64,000 bases of DNA, from the NCBI GenBank assembly GCA_963662315.1, contig OY759353.1, positions 3,040,001-3,104,000 on the forward strand, in the 5' to 3' direction. This document shows positions 13,984 through 28,484 of this stretch, one piece after another. Positions within the stretch are counted from its first letter, which is position 1. Each line of letters opens with the position of its first letter. The translations under genes and the position numbers were made by a program. The DNA comes from Geopsychrobacteraceae bacterium. Its GTDB lineage: Bacteria; Desulfobacterota; Desulfuromonadia; Desulfuromonadales; Geopsychrobacteraceae. The notes under the pieces were generated by a model, which was given only the letters and a program-made list of their open reading frames with translations, did no database searches and was not told the origin of the DNA.

Positions 13984-15342
13984 TTATTTACCGATGCAGA
14001 ACCCTGCGAAGATACCATCCAAGATATCTTCATTTGTGGTTTTGCCAGTGATTGAATCAAGACAAAGCAAAGCTTCTCTCAATTCAAATGCGATCAACTC
14101 TAAAGAGGGATCAGACTGAATAATATTAATACAATTATCTATATATTTAATACTTTTAATCAAAGCATCGAAATGTCTTCTTTCAGATAAAAGAACAGAA
14201 TCTTCAGAAATATGATCATTCCCTAAGAAATGCCTATAAACTAAATCTTTCAGGCGATCTAAACCATCATCAGACTTTACAGAAATAAAAATTGAATTAC
14301 CAACAACAGGAAGATTGTCAGATCTGCCTAAATCGGCCTTTGTAAAAACAATGAGATGAGAATAATCTTTACACTTGTTAATAATATACTGATCTTCGAC
14401 ATCAATATCTTTAGAAGAATCGATTAAAACAAGAATAAGATCAGCGCATTTTAATTTTTCTTCTGCGCGTCTTATCCCTTCCATTTCTACAGGATCTGAA
14501 GATGCGCGCAACCCAGCAGTATCAAAAATACGAACGGGAATATCATTTATAATAATTCCATCTTCAAGGATATCTCGCGTAGTACCAGGTATGTCGGTTA
14601 CAATTGCGCGGTTCTCACCTAATAAAGCATTCATAAGTGAACTTTTTCCAACATTAGGCTTACCAACCAAAACCAGATTAACACCTTCATTTAAAACGCG
14701 TCCGGCATGAAAGGTGGAAGTCAAAGATTTTAAATCATGCTGAATACCAATTAATTCGGAGGAAATATTACATAGATCCTCAACTGGCAGATCCTCTTCA
14801 GGAAAATCAATCCAGGCCTCAATAAAGACAAGATGATTTTTAACCACATTGGAAAACTGATAGATTTTTTGACTAAGAGCCCCGTTAACCTGGGCCAAAG
14901 CCATTTTACGTGAGGTTTCAGTACTGGATAATATAAGACGTGAAACAGCTTCCGCCTGCGACAGATCAATACGCCCATTAAGATAGGCGCGGTAAGTAAA
15001 TTCGCCAGGCTCGGCAAGTCTGAGACCAGAACGGATAAATGTGTCTAATATGACTTTAATAATATGACGGTTACCATGGCAATGAATCTCAACAACATCC
15101 TCAGCCGTATAAGAATGAGGACCTGCCATAAAAACAACCATAACTTCATCAATAATCTCACCGTCTCCATTATGGAGATGACCATAATAGAAACGGTGAG
15201 ACTCTAAATACTGAGCATTTACCTTGGCCCTAAAAAAATTTTGAATTTTATCTAAAGACTGCGCACCTGAAATTCTAACAACAGAGATACCACCACTACC
15301 AACGGGGGTAGCAGGAGCGATGATAGTATCCTTAGCATTCAT
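13984..15342 (-). CDS. mnmE: tRNA modification GTPase MnmE (TrmE)
   Basis: DTIIAPAT, GKPNVGKSSL, DIPGTTRD, DTAG, C-terminal FCIGK. Confidence 0.98.
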   Translation of the reverse strand: MNAKDTIIAPATPVGSGGISVVRISGAQSLDKIQNFFRAKVNAQYLESHRFYYGHLHNGDGEIIDEVMVVFMAGPHSYTAEDVVEIHCHGNRHIIKVILDTFIRSGLRLAEPGEFTYRAYLNGRIDLSQAEAVSRLILSSTETSRKMALAQVNGALSQKIYQFSNVVKNHLVFIEAWIDFPEEDLPVEDLCNISSELIGIQHDLKSLTSTFHAGRVLNEGVNLVLVGKPNVGKSSLMNALLGENRAIVTDIPGTTRDILEDGIIINDIPVRIFDTAGLRASSDPVEMEGIRRAEEKLKCADLILVLIDSSKDIDVEDQYIINKCKDYSHLIVFTKADLGRSDNLPVVGNSIFISVKSDDGLDRLKDLVYRHFLGNDHISEDSVLLSERRHFDALIKSIKYIDNCINIIQSDPSLELIAFELREALLCLDSITGKTTNEDILDGIFAGFCIGK

Positions 15343-15348
15343 AACAAT

Positions 15349-16932
15349 TTAATCTGCCTGTCTACGAATAAGATATTGCTGCAATATTGTGAGAACGTTA
15401 TTGACAAGCCAGTAAACAACGAGCCCAGCTGGAAAATTCAAAAACATGAAAGTAAAGACGACAGGCATAATCAACATGACCTTTTCCTGTGTCGGATCCA
15501 TGTTGGTTGGAGTCATCTTTTGTTGTAAAAACATGGTAACACCCATAACCAGGGGAGTTATATAATAGGGGTCTTTAGCAGAGAGATCCGTAATCCACAA
15601 TATAAAAGGTGCATGCCTTAATTCAATAGATCCCAACAACACGCGATAGAGAGCGAAGAAAACCGGAATTTGAATAAGCATAGGTAGACAGCCACCCATA
15701 GGATTGACTTTATTCTCCTTATAAAACTTCATCATCTCCTGATTGAGGCGCTGCTTATCTGAACCATATTTCTCGCGCATTTTCTTCATTTCAGGCTGTA
15801 GCTTCTGCATCCCCTTCATAGATTTGTAGCTTTTTTGAGTTAGAGGCCAGAAAATTAGTTTGATACAGACTGTTAAAAGAATAATAGAAAAGCCATAATT
15901 ACCAATAAAACTGTAGAAAAACTTAAGTACTACCATCAACGGTTTAGCAAGCGGGTGAAAAAAACCATAATGAATAATTTCTTCAAACTGTTGTCCACTT
16001 ACAGCAAGGTCTTCAATCTTTTTTGGACCAGCATATATATGATAGTTAACAGTTGTAAATTGGCCGCTAGGGATATTCAAAGATTTAGAAACGAACTCAT
16101 TTTTAATATATTCGCCATCTTTAGTAATCGCTACTTGAGCATTATTATTATCTGGATTAACAGCAATAAAGAAGTATTTATTAGTAAAACCTGACCAAAG
16201 AATATTATCTTTGTGAATTTTTGAAGATTCATCTAAATCCTTAACCTTATCTTCAATAAGTTCCTTGCCATTATAACTAACAGGTCCTTCAAAGGTGTAC
16301 ATTTTACCACCATCTGAATTATAAAAAGTATCTAAACTTAAAAAGAGAGAACCAGAAATATTCTGAGTTGATTTATTATAAATATTAATATCAAGAGAAA
16401 AGTTATAATTTTGTTTGTTAAAACTATATATTTTTTCAATAACGATATCACCATAAGAACCAGTAAATTTTATGGAGATATCATTATTAACAATAACAGT
16501 ATCATCACTATTAGTACTATAATTAATATTAGATGGAATAGTTAAACCATTATTACCATAACTTTTAAAGGTGTTATCAGCAAATTTGTCGCTATTGAGT
16601 AAATAGTAATTACCACTATCAGCAGTATTATCCTCTTTATAATTTTTAAAATCGACACTTTTAACGGTTCCACCTTTACTACTTAAAACAACGTCAAAAA
16701 CATCATTAGTAACTTTAATTTCCAAAGGAACTAAATTGTTATCGATTTCTGGTATAGTAACAATGGTATTAACCGGACCGGAAGAACTATCACTACTAAC
16801 AGGTGAAGTATTGCTATCAGCTTGAACACTTTCTATTGGTTGCTGAGGGGGTTTAGGAGCAAAAAACATGCTATAACCCGACCATAGCAATACAATAAGA
16901 GCAATAGCCAATATAGTTCTATTATTTTCCAT
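15349..16932 (-). CDS. yidC: Membrane protein insertase YidC
   Basis: KSYKSMKGMQKLQP, VNPMGGCLPMLIQIPVF, DLSAKDPYY. ATG at 16932 (MENNRTIL). Confidence 0.97.
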   Translation of the reverse strand: MENNRTILAIALIVLLWSGYSMFFAPKPPQQPIESVQADSNTSPVSSDSSSGPVNTIVTIPEIDNNLVPLEIKVTNDVFDVVLSSKGGTVKSVDFKNYKEDNTADSGNYYLLNSDKFADNTFKSYGNNGLTIPSNINYSTNSDDTVIVNNDISIKFTGSYGDIVIEKIYSFNKQNYNFSLDINIYNKSTQNISGSLFLSLDTFYNSDGGKMYTFEGPVSYNGKELIEDKVKDLDESSKIHKDNILWSGFTNKYFFIAVNPDNNNAQVAITKDGEYIKNEFVSKSLNIPSGQFTTVNYHIYAGPKKIEDLAVSGQQFEEIIHYGFFHPLAKPLMVVLKFFYSFIGNYGFSIILLTVCIKLIFWPLTQKSYKSMKGMQKLQPEMKKMREKYGSDKQRLNQEMMKFYKENKVNPMGGCLPMLIQIPVFFALYRVLLGSIELRHAPFILWITDLSAKDPYYITPLVMGVTMFLQQKMTPTNMDPTQEKVMLIMPVVFTFMFLNFPAGLVVYWLVNNVLTILQQYLIRRQAD

Positions 16933-17167
16933 TAGTAATATCCTGATGTTTAAAATTAGGAACAGGGTCAAATCCACCCTGATGATAAGGATGACATTTG
17001 CTTAGACGCTTAATAATTAAGATTCCACCCTTTATAACACCAAATTTGACAATGGCGTCTTTAGCGTATTGTGAGCAGGTGGGGTAGAATCGGCAATTGG
17101 CAGGGAATAATGGTGAAATAAAGTACCGATAAAAATCAATGAACAGTAATAACAAAGATTTTAACAT
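16922..17167 (-). CDS. yidD: Membrane protein insertion efficiency factor YidD
   Basis: CRFYPTCSQY...KCHPYHQGGFDPVP. Confidence 0.96.
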   Translation of the reverse strand: MLKSLLLLFIDFYRYFISPLFPANCRFYPTCSQYAKDAIVKFGVIKGGILIIKRLSKCHPYHQGGFDPVPNFKHQDITNGK

Positions 17168-17169
17168 CT

Positions 17170-17502
17170 TTATTTCTTTACAAAAATTCTATCAAGTTCA
17201 AAAAAAATATCCGAAGAGTTTAAGTGCGATATGCTCTTCTTAACGATGATAGAATAATCGAGAATATCTAACCGAGATCGGTTTTTCCTAAAAAATTCAC
17301 GAATAAGGCGCTTACTTCTATTTCTTTGAACAGCATTGCCTGTTTTTTTACTAGCGGTAATACCCAGTCTAGGATAAGAATTTTCCGGACTGGCGGCAAC
17401 CAGAATAAAATGGGGTGTAGTTAATTTACACCCCATTTTTCGTACATGCTTAAATTCCCAGGATCGTCTTAATCTAAATCGACTGGGAAACGATTTATGC
17501 AT
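17170..17502 (-). CDS. rnpA: Ribonuclease P protein component
   Basis: RLGITASKKTGNAVQRNRSKRLIREFFR. Confidence 0.96.
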   Translation of the reverse strand: MHKSFPSRFRLRRSWEFKHVRKMGCKLTTPHFILVAASPENSYPRLGITASKKTGNAVQRNRSKRLIREFFRKNRSRLDILDYSIIVKKSISHLNSSDIFFELDRIFVKK

Positions 17503-17503
17503 A

Positions 17504-17656
17504 TTACTTCTGAGTAATGGTTACAACAAGAGATTTACGGCCACGTGCGCGACGACGGTTCAAAACCTGACGACCATTTTTTGTTTGCATCCGTTTTCTG
17601 AAGCCGTGAGTCCGTTTTCTTTTAATCCGACTTGGCTGGTAAGTACGTTTAGACAT
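17504..17656 (-). CDS. rpmH: 50S ribosomal protein L34
   Basis: Manual translation (below the ORF-track cutoff): [50 protein letters not shown]. Confidence 0.98.
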   Translation of the reverse strand: MSKRTYQPSRIKRKRTHGFRKRMQTKNGRQVLNRRRARGRKSLVVTITQK

Positions 17657-17881
17657 ATTCGAAACTCCTCTATTCTGGGTTCTGACAAAGTCCTACTTTA
17701 GATCATAAAAAATCATCCAAGTCAATAATAAATAACAATAAAAAATCACTGGAAGATAATTATATAAACGATTATAGTTATCAACTGTTAGATTTAAAAA
17801 AATGTTAGATACTTATATTTTTTATTATTATTTCAAATACTTACATCACTTATTAACCTGTTTATATCCTGTGGAACTCGT

Positions 17882-19243
17882 ATGAAAAATCTCTGGAAAA
17901 AGGTTCTCAATAGATTACCGGACAAAATTAGCACACAAAACATCAAAACCTGGATAGAACCGATAAAACCAGTGAATATGGATAAATCCATCTTAAAAAT
18001 TGAAGTTCCAAATAAGTTTATAAAAGACTGGATTAAAGACAATTATCGGCAAATTATCTGCGAAACCATATTTGAGATAACTGGGGAAAAAATCAAGCTG
18101 GACATAGATATAAACAAAACCATAAAAAAACAGTCAGAGACAGAAACAATAACACTGGCTGTAGACCTACCGGAAAAAATTGAAAAATCAAAAAAAGAAA
18201 CGCCAAAAGAGGAAATGGAGTTTTCCAATTTAAACCCATCCTACACTTTTGAGAGTTTTGTATCTGGGCCTTCAAACCAATTCGCGCATGCTGCCGCACT
18301 AGCAGTATCCAATAATCCGGCTACGACCTATAACCCATTATTTATATATGGCGGTGTCGGTTTAGGAAAAACCCATATTATCCATGCAATAGGAAATGAA
18401 ATATTAAAAAACAAAAGTTCAATAAGGGTATGTTATTACTCCTCAGAAAAATTTACCAATGAACTTATCAATTCACTACGCCATGCGAAAATGGATGATT
18501 TTAGAAATAAATTCAGATCTATAGATATTTTACTCATAGATGATATTCAATTTATTGCAGGTAAAAAAAGTACTCAAGAAGAGTTTTTCCATACGTTTAA
18601 TGCCCTATACGAATCTCACAAACAGATAGTTGTCACTTCAGATAAATTTCCTAAAGAGATACCAGATTTAGAAGAACGTTTAAGATCACGATTTGAATGG
18701 GGTTTAATTGCAGATATACAATCTCCAGACACAGAAACAAAGCAAGCCATTCTTAAAATGAAAGCAGATCAAAATAAAATAGATCTTCCCGAAGATGTTT
18801 CATACTTTTTAGCAAATTCAATAACAAGTAATGTTAGAGAATTAGAGGGGTATCTTATCAGAGTTGGAGCATATGCAAGCTTAACATCAACCCCTATTAA
18901 CCTAGATATGGCTAAAAATATCCTCAAAGACATTATCGTCGAAAACAGTCGTGAAATAACCATAGAAAAAATTCAAAAAACGGTAGCAGAACACTTTCAG
19001 ATCAAAACATCCGAATTAAAATCATCAAAACGATTAAAAAACCTTGTTTTTCCAAGACAAATTGCCATGTTCATCTGCCGCAAAATGACGGATCTCTCAT
19101 ATCCAGAAATCGGTGTAAAATTTGGCGGAAAAGACCATTCAACAATAATCCACGCAATAAAAAAGATAGAAAAAAAGATTGATGAAGATATGCATACCCG
19201 TATGATGATCGAAAAGCTTATGGAAAAATTGAACACAATCTAG
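17882..19243 (+). CDS. dnaA: Chromosomal replication initiator DnaA
   Basis: YNPLFIYGGVGLGKTH, LLIDDIQF, RLRSRFEWGL, FGGKDHSTIIHA. Confidence 0.99.
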   Translation: MKNLWKKVLNRLPDKISTQNIKTWIEPIKPVNMDKSILKIEVPNKFIKDWIKDNYRQIICETIFEITGEKIKLDIDINKTIKKQSETETITLAVDLPEKIEKSKKETPKEEMEFSNLNPSYTFESFVSGPSNQFAHAAALAVSNNPATTYNPLFIYGGVGLGKTHIIHAIGNEILKNKSSIRVCYYSSEKFTNELINSLRHAKMDDFRNKFRSIDILLIDDIQFIAGKKSTQEEFFHTFNALYESHKQIVVTSDKFPKEIPDLEERLRSRFEWGLIADIQSPDTETKQAILKMKADQNKIDLPEDVSYFLANSITSNVRELEGYLIRVGAYASLTSTPINLDMAKNILKDIIVENSREITIEKIQKTVAEHFQIKTSELKSSKRLKNLVFPRQIAMFICRKMTDLSYPEIGVKFGGKDHSTIIHAIKKIEKKIDEDMHTRMMIEKLMEKLNTI

Positions 19244-19463
19244 TGGATATCTCCCGAAATTAGGGGATAAAACCAGATTAATGAAAAAGATTAACAGACA
19301 GCTTCAAAACCAGAGCAACTTATCCACAGCCGATTTTTATTAATTTTTCCTGTTAAATTAGATATATAGATACTTTTAAACATATAAACAAGCACTACTA
19401 TTACTACTAAAATATTTATAACTAATATATATAGTATACAGTTACCTGTTGACGGAGGATTTT
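19244..19463. other. oriC: Replication origin oriC (dnaA-dnaN intergenic unwinding region)
   Basis: Perfect DnaA box TTATCCACA at 19320-19328, degenerate boxes at 19242-19250 and 19262-19270, DnaA-trio run CTA CTA TTA CTA CTA at 19395-19409, then an AT-rich tract. Gene orientation flips from minus to plus at rpmH/dnaA. Confidence 0.88.
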
Positions 19464-20573
19464 ATGAATTTTGAAATTAGCAAAGAAGACTTTTTGAAAG
19501 CCCTTACCAAAGTCCAGGGAATTATTGAAAAACGCCACACTATACCGATTCTGGCCAATGTATTATTAGAAACTCGAAACAATCAGCTTCATATCACAGC
19601 GACAGACCTTGAGATCGGTTTAAAAGCGAAATTTCCCTGTTCTGTAGATGAAGATGGTAAAGTTACAGTTTCAGCTAAGAAGTTATTTGAAATTTTAAAA
19701 GAATTACCAAATTCTACGGTACAATTCAGTTCAAAGAATAATTTCTGGGTAGAAATAAAATGTGAAAAATCCATATTTAATCTAGTTGGACTCTCACCTG
19801 AAGATTTTCCAAGATTTCCTGAAATTACAGAAAATTTAACTTCTTTCGAAAGTTTAAGTTTTATTGAGATGATTGATAAAACAATATTTTCTGTATCTAA
19901 TGACGAAACAAAATTTAACTTAACTGGAATATTTATAAAATATGATTCTAGTATAAATGAAATTACTTTCGTATCTACAGATGGACATAGACTTTCATTA
20001 ATATCAAAAAAAATATCAACTAATCTCTCTGATAGATTTTCAAATGGTTTCATACTTCCTAAAAAAGGTATTTTTGAAATACGAAAATTAATTGATAATA
20101 CAGATGAAAATATTGAAGTTGGAATAATTGACAACAACTTTGTTATTAAGTACCAAGATACTATACTTGTGATGCGAATGGTGGATGGAGATTTTCCTGA
20201 TTATAAGCGTGTGATTCCTGAAAAATCAGAAAATTATGCACTTATAAATAAAGATGAATTTTTACATGCGCTAAAAAGGATATCAGTTCTTTCTAGTGAA
20301 AAATCCAAGGGAGTTAAAATTAATGTAAAAAAAGACACATTAATTTTAAGCTCAAGTAATCCTGAATTGGGTGACGCTAAAGAAGAAATTGATACAGTTT
20401 ATAATGCAGCTGAAATTTCAATTGGTTTTAACGCAAAGTATATTATAGATATCCTTCAGGTTATAAAGTCTACTAATATCATTTTTTATTTAAAGGATAA
20501 TATTTCCCCAGGACGTATAAGCCCAGAAGATGATGAAAATCATATCTCAGTTATTATGCCAATGAGATTATAA
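19464..20573 (+). CDS. dnaN: DNA polymerase III beta sliding clamp
   Basis: IPILANVL, ATDLE, STDGHRL, GDFPDYKRVIP, IMPMRL; GGAGG RBS before ATG 19464. Confidence 0.98.
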   Translation: MNFEISKEDFLKALTKVQGIIEKRHTIPILANVLLETRNNQLHITATDLEIGLKAKFPCSVDEDGKVTVSAKKLFEILKELPNSTVQFSSKNNFWVEIKCEKSIFNLVGLSPEDFPRFPEITENLTSFESLSFIEMIDKTIFSVSNDETKFNLTGIFIKYDSSINEITFVSTDGHRLSLISKKISTNLSDRFSNGFILPKKGIFEIRKLIDNTDENIEVGIIDNNFVIKYQDTILVMRMVDGDFPDYKRVIPEKSENYALINKDEFLHALKRISVLSSEKSKGVKINVKKDTLILSSSNPELGDAKEEIDTVYNAAEISIGFNAKYIIDILQVIKSTNIIFYLKDNISPGRISPEDDENHISVIMPMRL

Positions 20574-20578
20574 TTTTA

Positions 20579-24044
<3,466 letters not shown>

Positions 24045-24084
24045 TACGCGGCTATCGCTTCCTGTCGGAAGTTGGAGGAATTAA

Positions 24085-26589
24085 ATGCTCTCTGAAGAGA
24101 ATAAAGTTACAGTAAATATTGAGGATGAAATGCGTAAATCCTACATGGATTACGCTATGAGTGTCATTGTTGGACGTGCTCTGCCTGATATCAGAGATGG
24201 TTTGAAACCAGTACACAGGCGAATTTTGTTCGCAATGTACGACCTTAATAACGATTACAACAAGCCTTATAAAAAATCCGCCCGTGTTGTCGGTGATGTT
24301 ATCGGTAAGTATCACCCGCATGGCGATAGCGCAGTCTATGACACTATTGTTCGCCTGGCACAGGACTTTTCCATGCGTCATCCTCTGGTGGATGGGCAGG
24401 GAAATTTTGGGTCTATCGACGGTGATTCAGCTGCCGCCATGCGTTATACCGAAATTCGCATGGACCGCCTGGCCCATGAATTGCTCGCTGATATCGACAA
24501 AGAAACGGTAGACTTTGGACCGAACTATGATGATTCTTTAGAAGAACCACTGGTTCTTCCATGTAAATTTCCCAACTTATTGGTCAATGGCTCTGAAGGT
24601 ATTGCTGTTGGTATGGCTACAAAAATACCACCTCACAACCTTGGGGAAGTCATTGATGGATTGATTGCAATTATTGATGATCCACATGTCGGGCCGGAAG
24701 AACTGATGGTAAAAATTCCGGGCCCTGACTTCCCTACCGGTGGTTTTATTAACGGTAAAGAAGGTATTCATGAAGCTTACAATACCGGTCGCGGGATTGT
24801 TCAGATGCGTGCCCGGGCCTTGGTCGAAGTTGATCGACGCAGTGGTAAAGAATCGATCATTGTCACCGAAATACCTTTTCAGGTTAACAAAGCCAGACTT
24901 ATTGAAAAAATAGCTGAACTGGTCAAGACCAAGAAAATTGAGGGTATATCTGATTTACGTGATGAATCCGACCGCGATGGTATGCGCATTGTCATCGAAC
25001 TGAAAAAAGATATGGTTCCCGGTGTTATTTTGAACCAGCTTTACAAAATGACAGCGATGCAATCCTCTTTCGGAATCATTATGCTGGCTATCGTAAGTGG
25101 GCAGCCTAAGATTCTATCTTTGCGAGAAGTTCTTGATAGTTTTATTGATCATCGGCGTGAGATTGTTACCAGACGGTGTATTTTCGAGCTGAAAAAAGCG
25201 GAAGCCCGTGCTCATATCCTGCATGGTTTGAAACTGGCTCTGGAAAATCTTGACGAAGTTATTCAAATAATCAAGAGCAGCGCAACACCGGCTGATGCGA
25301 AGCAGAATTTGATTAATCGTTTTGCGTTCAGTGATATACAGGCTCAGGCTATTCTTGATATGCGTCTGCACCGACTGACTGGTCTGGAGCAGAGCAAGAT
25401 TCTTGAAGAACTCGAGCAGATTCTGGCTCAGATTGCACGTCTGAAAGAAATTCTTGCCAGTGAAGTTGAAATTCTCAAAATCATCAAGAGTGAGCTGATC
25501 GAATTAAAAGAAAAGTTTGCTAATCCACGCCGTACCGAAATCATTGACAGGTCTGCTGATCTGACTCTTGAAGATATGATTGTTGAAGAGGATATGGTTG
25601 TTACTGTTACCCATGGAGGGTACATTAAGCGTAACGCTGTATCTCTGTATCGCGCACAACGACGTGGAGGCAAAGGGAAAACAGGTATTCGGCCAAAAGA
25701 AGAAGATTTTGTTGAAAGCCTGTTTATCGCATCCACCCACTCTTACATTCTGATATTTACCAATCTTGGAAAAGTTTATTGGTTAAAAGTCCATGAAATA
25801 CCACAAGGTGGGCGTGCTTCCAGAGGCAAGGCGATTGTAAATTTATTGAAACTGGCGCCAGATGAAAAAGTGACAACAATTCTTCCGGTTAAAGAATTCG
25901 AGGAAGATAAATTTATTGTTACCGCTACAGCTAAAGGTATTATTAAAAAAACCGATTTAATGGCCTATTCAAATCCGCGTTCAGGAGGAATAATAGCACT
26001 GACGATTGATGAAGGTGATAGTCTCATTGAAGCCAGGTTAACCGATGGTAAGCGGGATCTCTTGTTAGCCACACGCAATGGCAAATCTATCCGTTTCCCG
26101 GAAACCGATGTCAGAGCGATGGGCCGACCGGCACGTGGTGTCAGAGCAATGACACTGGAAGGTGATGACGAGATCATCGGTCTGCAGTCAATTACCGACA
26201 ATACAGCACTCGCTCTTGTCACAGTTACCGAAAACGGTTATGGGAAGCGTACCGATATTGGTGAGTATCGTACTCAAAGTCGTGGTGGTAAGGGGATTAT
26301 TACCATTAAGACGAGTGAAAGAAATGGTAAAGTTGTCGATATTAAGATGGTCAGTGATGATTCGGACCTAATGTTTATTACCAACAGGGGCAAGTTGCTG
26401 CGGACTAAAGTTAAAAACATCCGTTCTATCGGCAGAAATACTCAAGGTGTCCGCATGATGGTTCTTGAGGAAGATGAATTCATTGTTTCTGTGGCACGGC
26501 TCGCCGAGAAGGAAGCCTCTGATGAAACTGCACCGACTGAAGAAGAGATTGAAGCAGGACTTGAAGCATCGGGAGATGAAGAAGAATAA
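24085..26589 (+). CDS. gyrA: DNA gyrase subunit A
   Basis: [19 protein letters not shown], GyrA-box QRRGGKG, acidic tail. Confidence 0.99.
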   Translation: MLSEENKVTVNIEDEMRKSYMDYAMSVIVGRALPDIRDGLKPVHRRILFAMYDLNNDYNKPYKKSARVVGDVIGKYHPHGDSAVYDTIVRLAQDFSMRHPLVDGQGNFGSIDGDSAAAMRYTEIRMDRLAHELLADIDKETVDFGPNYDDSLEEPLVLPCKFPNLLVNGSEGIAVGMATKIPPHNLGEVIDGLIAIIDDPHVGPEELMVKIPGPDFPTGGFINGKEGIHEAYNTGRGIVQMRARALVEVDRRSGKESIIVTEIPFQVNKARLIEKIAELVKTKKIEGISDLRDESDRDGMRIVIELKKDMVPGVILNQLYKMTAMQSSFGIIMLAIVSGQPKILSLREVLDSFIDHRREIVTRRCIFELKKAEARAHILHGLKLALENLDEVIQIIKSSATPADAKQNLINRFAFSDIQAQAILDMRLHRLTGLEQSKILEELEQILAQIARLKEILASEVEILKIIKSELIELKEKFANPRRTEIIDRSADLTLEDMIVEEDMVVTVTHGGYIKRNAVSLYRAQRRGGKGKTGIRPKEEDFVESLFIASTHSYILIFTNLGKVYWLKVHEIPQGGRASRGKAIVNLLKLAPDEKVTTILPVKEFEEDKFIVTATAKGIIKKTDLMAYSNPRSGGIIALTIDEGDSLIEARLTDGKRDLLLATRNGKSIRFPETDVRAMGRPARGVRAMTLEGDDEIIGLQSITDNTALALVTVTENGYGKRTDIGEYRTQSRGGKGIITIKTSERNGKVVDIKMVSDDSDLMFITNRGKLLRTKVKNIRSIGRNTQGVRMMVLEEDEFIVSVARLAEKEASDETAPTEEEIEAGLEASGDEEE

Positions 26590-26616
26590 CAAGCAAAAAA
26601 AAAACTTTTTTTCTCT

Positions 26617-27411
26617 TTGTTTTTTGTTTTAACAGGTGTTCTTCTTTTCCAATATTTTACTGAGTATCAACTTCACCGGCCCGGTCAACTTGTTGACCGG
26701 GCTATAAATCTGGAAAATGCCGGAGAAATAAATCAAGCTCTGGCTGTTTATGCTGAAGTAAGTAATACCTATTCAGATACGCCACAGGCTGAAACAGCCC
26801 TGTACAATTCAGCTCTTATCTGGCAAAAAAGACTTCAGGACAACAAGCAGGCATTGCTGTTATACCTGCGTCTGGAATATCTATATCCCGATTCAAAATA
26901 TCTATTTCTGTCAAGAAAAGAAGCCGCCTGGATTGTTAAGTATTCTATGGCTGATTATTATCAGGCAATCGGTTATTATCAACGTTTATATGCAACGGTT
27001 GACGAAACTCATCCAGCAAATGAGTATTTTCTCTACGAGGTGGCCGATTGCTATTTCAGACTTGAAAATTATTCTCAGGCAAGGCTAGAGCTGGAAAATC
27101 TTCTGCTAAATCACCCAGACTCTCAGCTTAGAGCCCTGACTCTTTATCGTGTGGGTGAGTTATCTTTTCTTGAAGGACGGATAAAAAGTGCGAAAGAGTA
27201 CTGGCAGCAGGTGATCAATGAATTTCCTGAAAGCTCTTATAGCGAGGATGCCAAATTCAATATGGCGAGACTCGAAGAAGAAAACCAGAATCTGAAAGAG
27301 GCATTGCAGGCCTATGAAAGTCTGAAAAACTTTTCACAGCGTGATATTGTAGAGAATAAAATCCAGCATCTTAAAAAACGCATAACAGAAAAAAATAAGG
27401 TGATTGAATGA
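26617..27411 (+). CDS. Membrane-anchored tetratricopeptide-repeat protein (BamD/CpoB-like); start codon uncertain
   Basis: Hydrophobic N-terminus and repeated TPR-like units (YPDS..A, ALYNSA, LYEVADCYF, FPESSY). No in-frame ATG after the gyrA stop (see findings). Confidence 0.8.
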   Translation: MFFVLTGVLLFQYFTEYQLHRPGQLVDRAINLENAGEINQALAVYAEVSNTYSDTPQAETALYNSALIWQKRLQDNKQALLLYLRLEYLYPDSKYLFLSRKEAAWIVKYSMADYYQAIGYYQRLYATVDETHPANEYFLYEVADCYFRLENYSQARLELENLLLNHPDSQLRALTLYRVGELSFLEGRIKSAKEYWQQVINEFPESSYSEDAKFNMARLEEENQNLKEALQAYESLKNFSQRDIVENKIQHLKKRITEKNKVIE

Positions 27412-28415
27412 AACAGGACTATGCTGTTATTGGTGCAGGTAGCTGGGGAACAACACTGGCTAATCTTCTTGCAAAAAAAGGATATTCAGTAACCCTCTGG
27501 TGTTATGAACCGGATCTGGTTGAACGTATGGAGTCAACCAGAATCAATGATATTTATTTGCCCGATATCACTCTGGCAGAAAATCTAAAATTTACCAATA
27601 GCATTGGTGATGCGGTTTCACACAAGAAATTTGTCCTGTTTGTCACTCCATCTCAAGTAACCAGGGCGGTTTTGTCGCAGGCAGTTCCCTTCTTTGATAC
27701 GGATATGATCGTTGCCTCAGCATCAAAAGGTATTGAAAATAATACGTTGATGCTACTTTCCGAAGTTTTTAACGAACTTCTGCCACCAGTCCTGCAAGGT
27801 AATCTCGCGTTTATTTCTGGACCTTCCTTCGCCCGCGAAGTCAGTCAGGAAATGCCGACAGCCGTAGTTGCCGCTGCTCATAATGTTGCCGTCGCCAAAC
27901 AAGTTCAGCACATATTCAGTACCGATACTTTCAGGGTTTACACCCATACGGATATTATTGGAGTAGAATTGGGTGGGGCTATGAAGAATGTTATAGCGCT
28001 AGCAGCTGGAGTTGCTGATGGCCTTGGTTTTGGCTACAACAGCCGGGCTGCTTTAATTACCCGTGGTTTGGCTGAAATGACTCGTTTGGGTATCAAGCTT
28101 GGAGGAAAACCTGAAACTTTTGCCGGTTTGGCTGGAATGGGAGACCTGGTTTTGACCTGCACTGGAGATTTATCCCGCAACCGTACTGTAGGTATTGAAC
28201 TGGGCAAAGGACGTAAGCTGGATGAAATTCTTGCTGGCATGCAGATGATTGCTGAAGGAGTGAAAACAACTCTTTCTGCATATCAGTTGGCTCGTCGGGA
28301 ACAGGTTGAATTACCAATTATTGAGCAAATGTATGCCATTTTATATGAGAACAAGGATCCGCGACGAGCTGTCAGTGATCTTATGATGAGGGATCTGAAG
28401 GCAGAATCGGCATAA
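27408..28415 (+). CDS. gpsA: NAD(P)H-dependent glycerol-3-phosphate dehydrogenase
   Basis: VIGAGSWGT, ASKGIE, SGPSFA, GGAMKNVIA, GDLVLTC..SRN. Confidence 0.98.
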   Translation: MKQDYAVIGAGSWGTTLANLLAKKGYSVTLWCYEPDLVERMESTRINDIYLPDITLAENLKFTNSIGDAVSHKKFVLFVTPSQVTRAVLSQAVPFFDTDMIVASASKGIENNTLMLLSEVFNELLPPVLQGNLAFISGPSFAREVSQEMPTAVVAAAHNVAVAKQVQHIFSTDTFRVYTHTDIIGVELGGAMKNVIALAAGVADGLGFGYNSRAALITRGLAEMTRLGIKLGGKPETFAGLAGMGDLVLTCTGDLSRNRTVGIELGKGRKLDEILAGMQMIAEGVKTTLSAYQLARREQVELPIIEQMYAILYENKDPRRAVSDLMMRDLKAESA

Positions 28416-28484
28416 AACAATAGCCCTGCTTGAAACAAGGAAACTTAAAAATAGAAATTACTATGTAAGTACCTGGAGATTTAT

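Noticed and set aside
14932..14947. parS half-site (TGTTTCACGT on the minus strand) inside mnmE
   Set aside because: Second half has four mismatches; not palindromic
19589..20137. 182-aa antisense ORF in dnaN, and the many other 60-170 aa antisense or overlapping ORFs in the track (e.g. 46734-47237, 53470-53916, 53577-53951)
   Set aside because: Shadow frames of well-supported genes on the opposite strand or another frame, with no recognisable motifs
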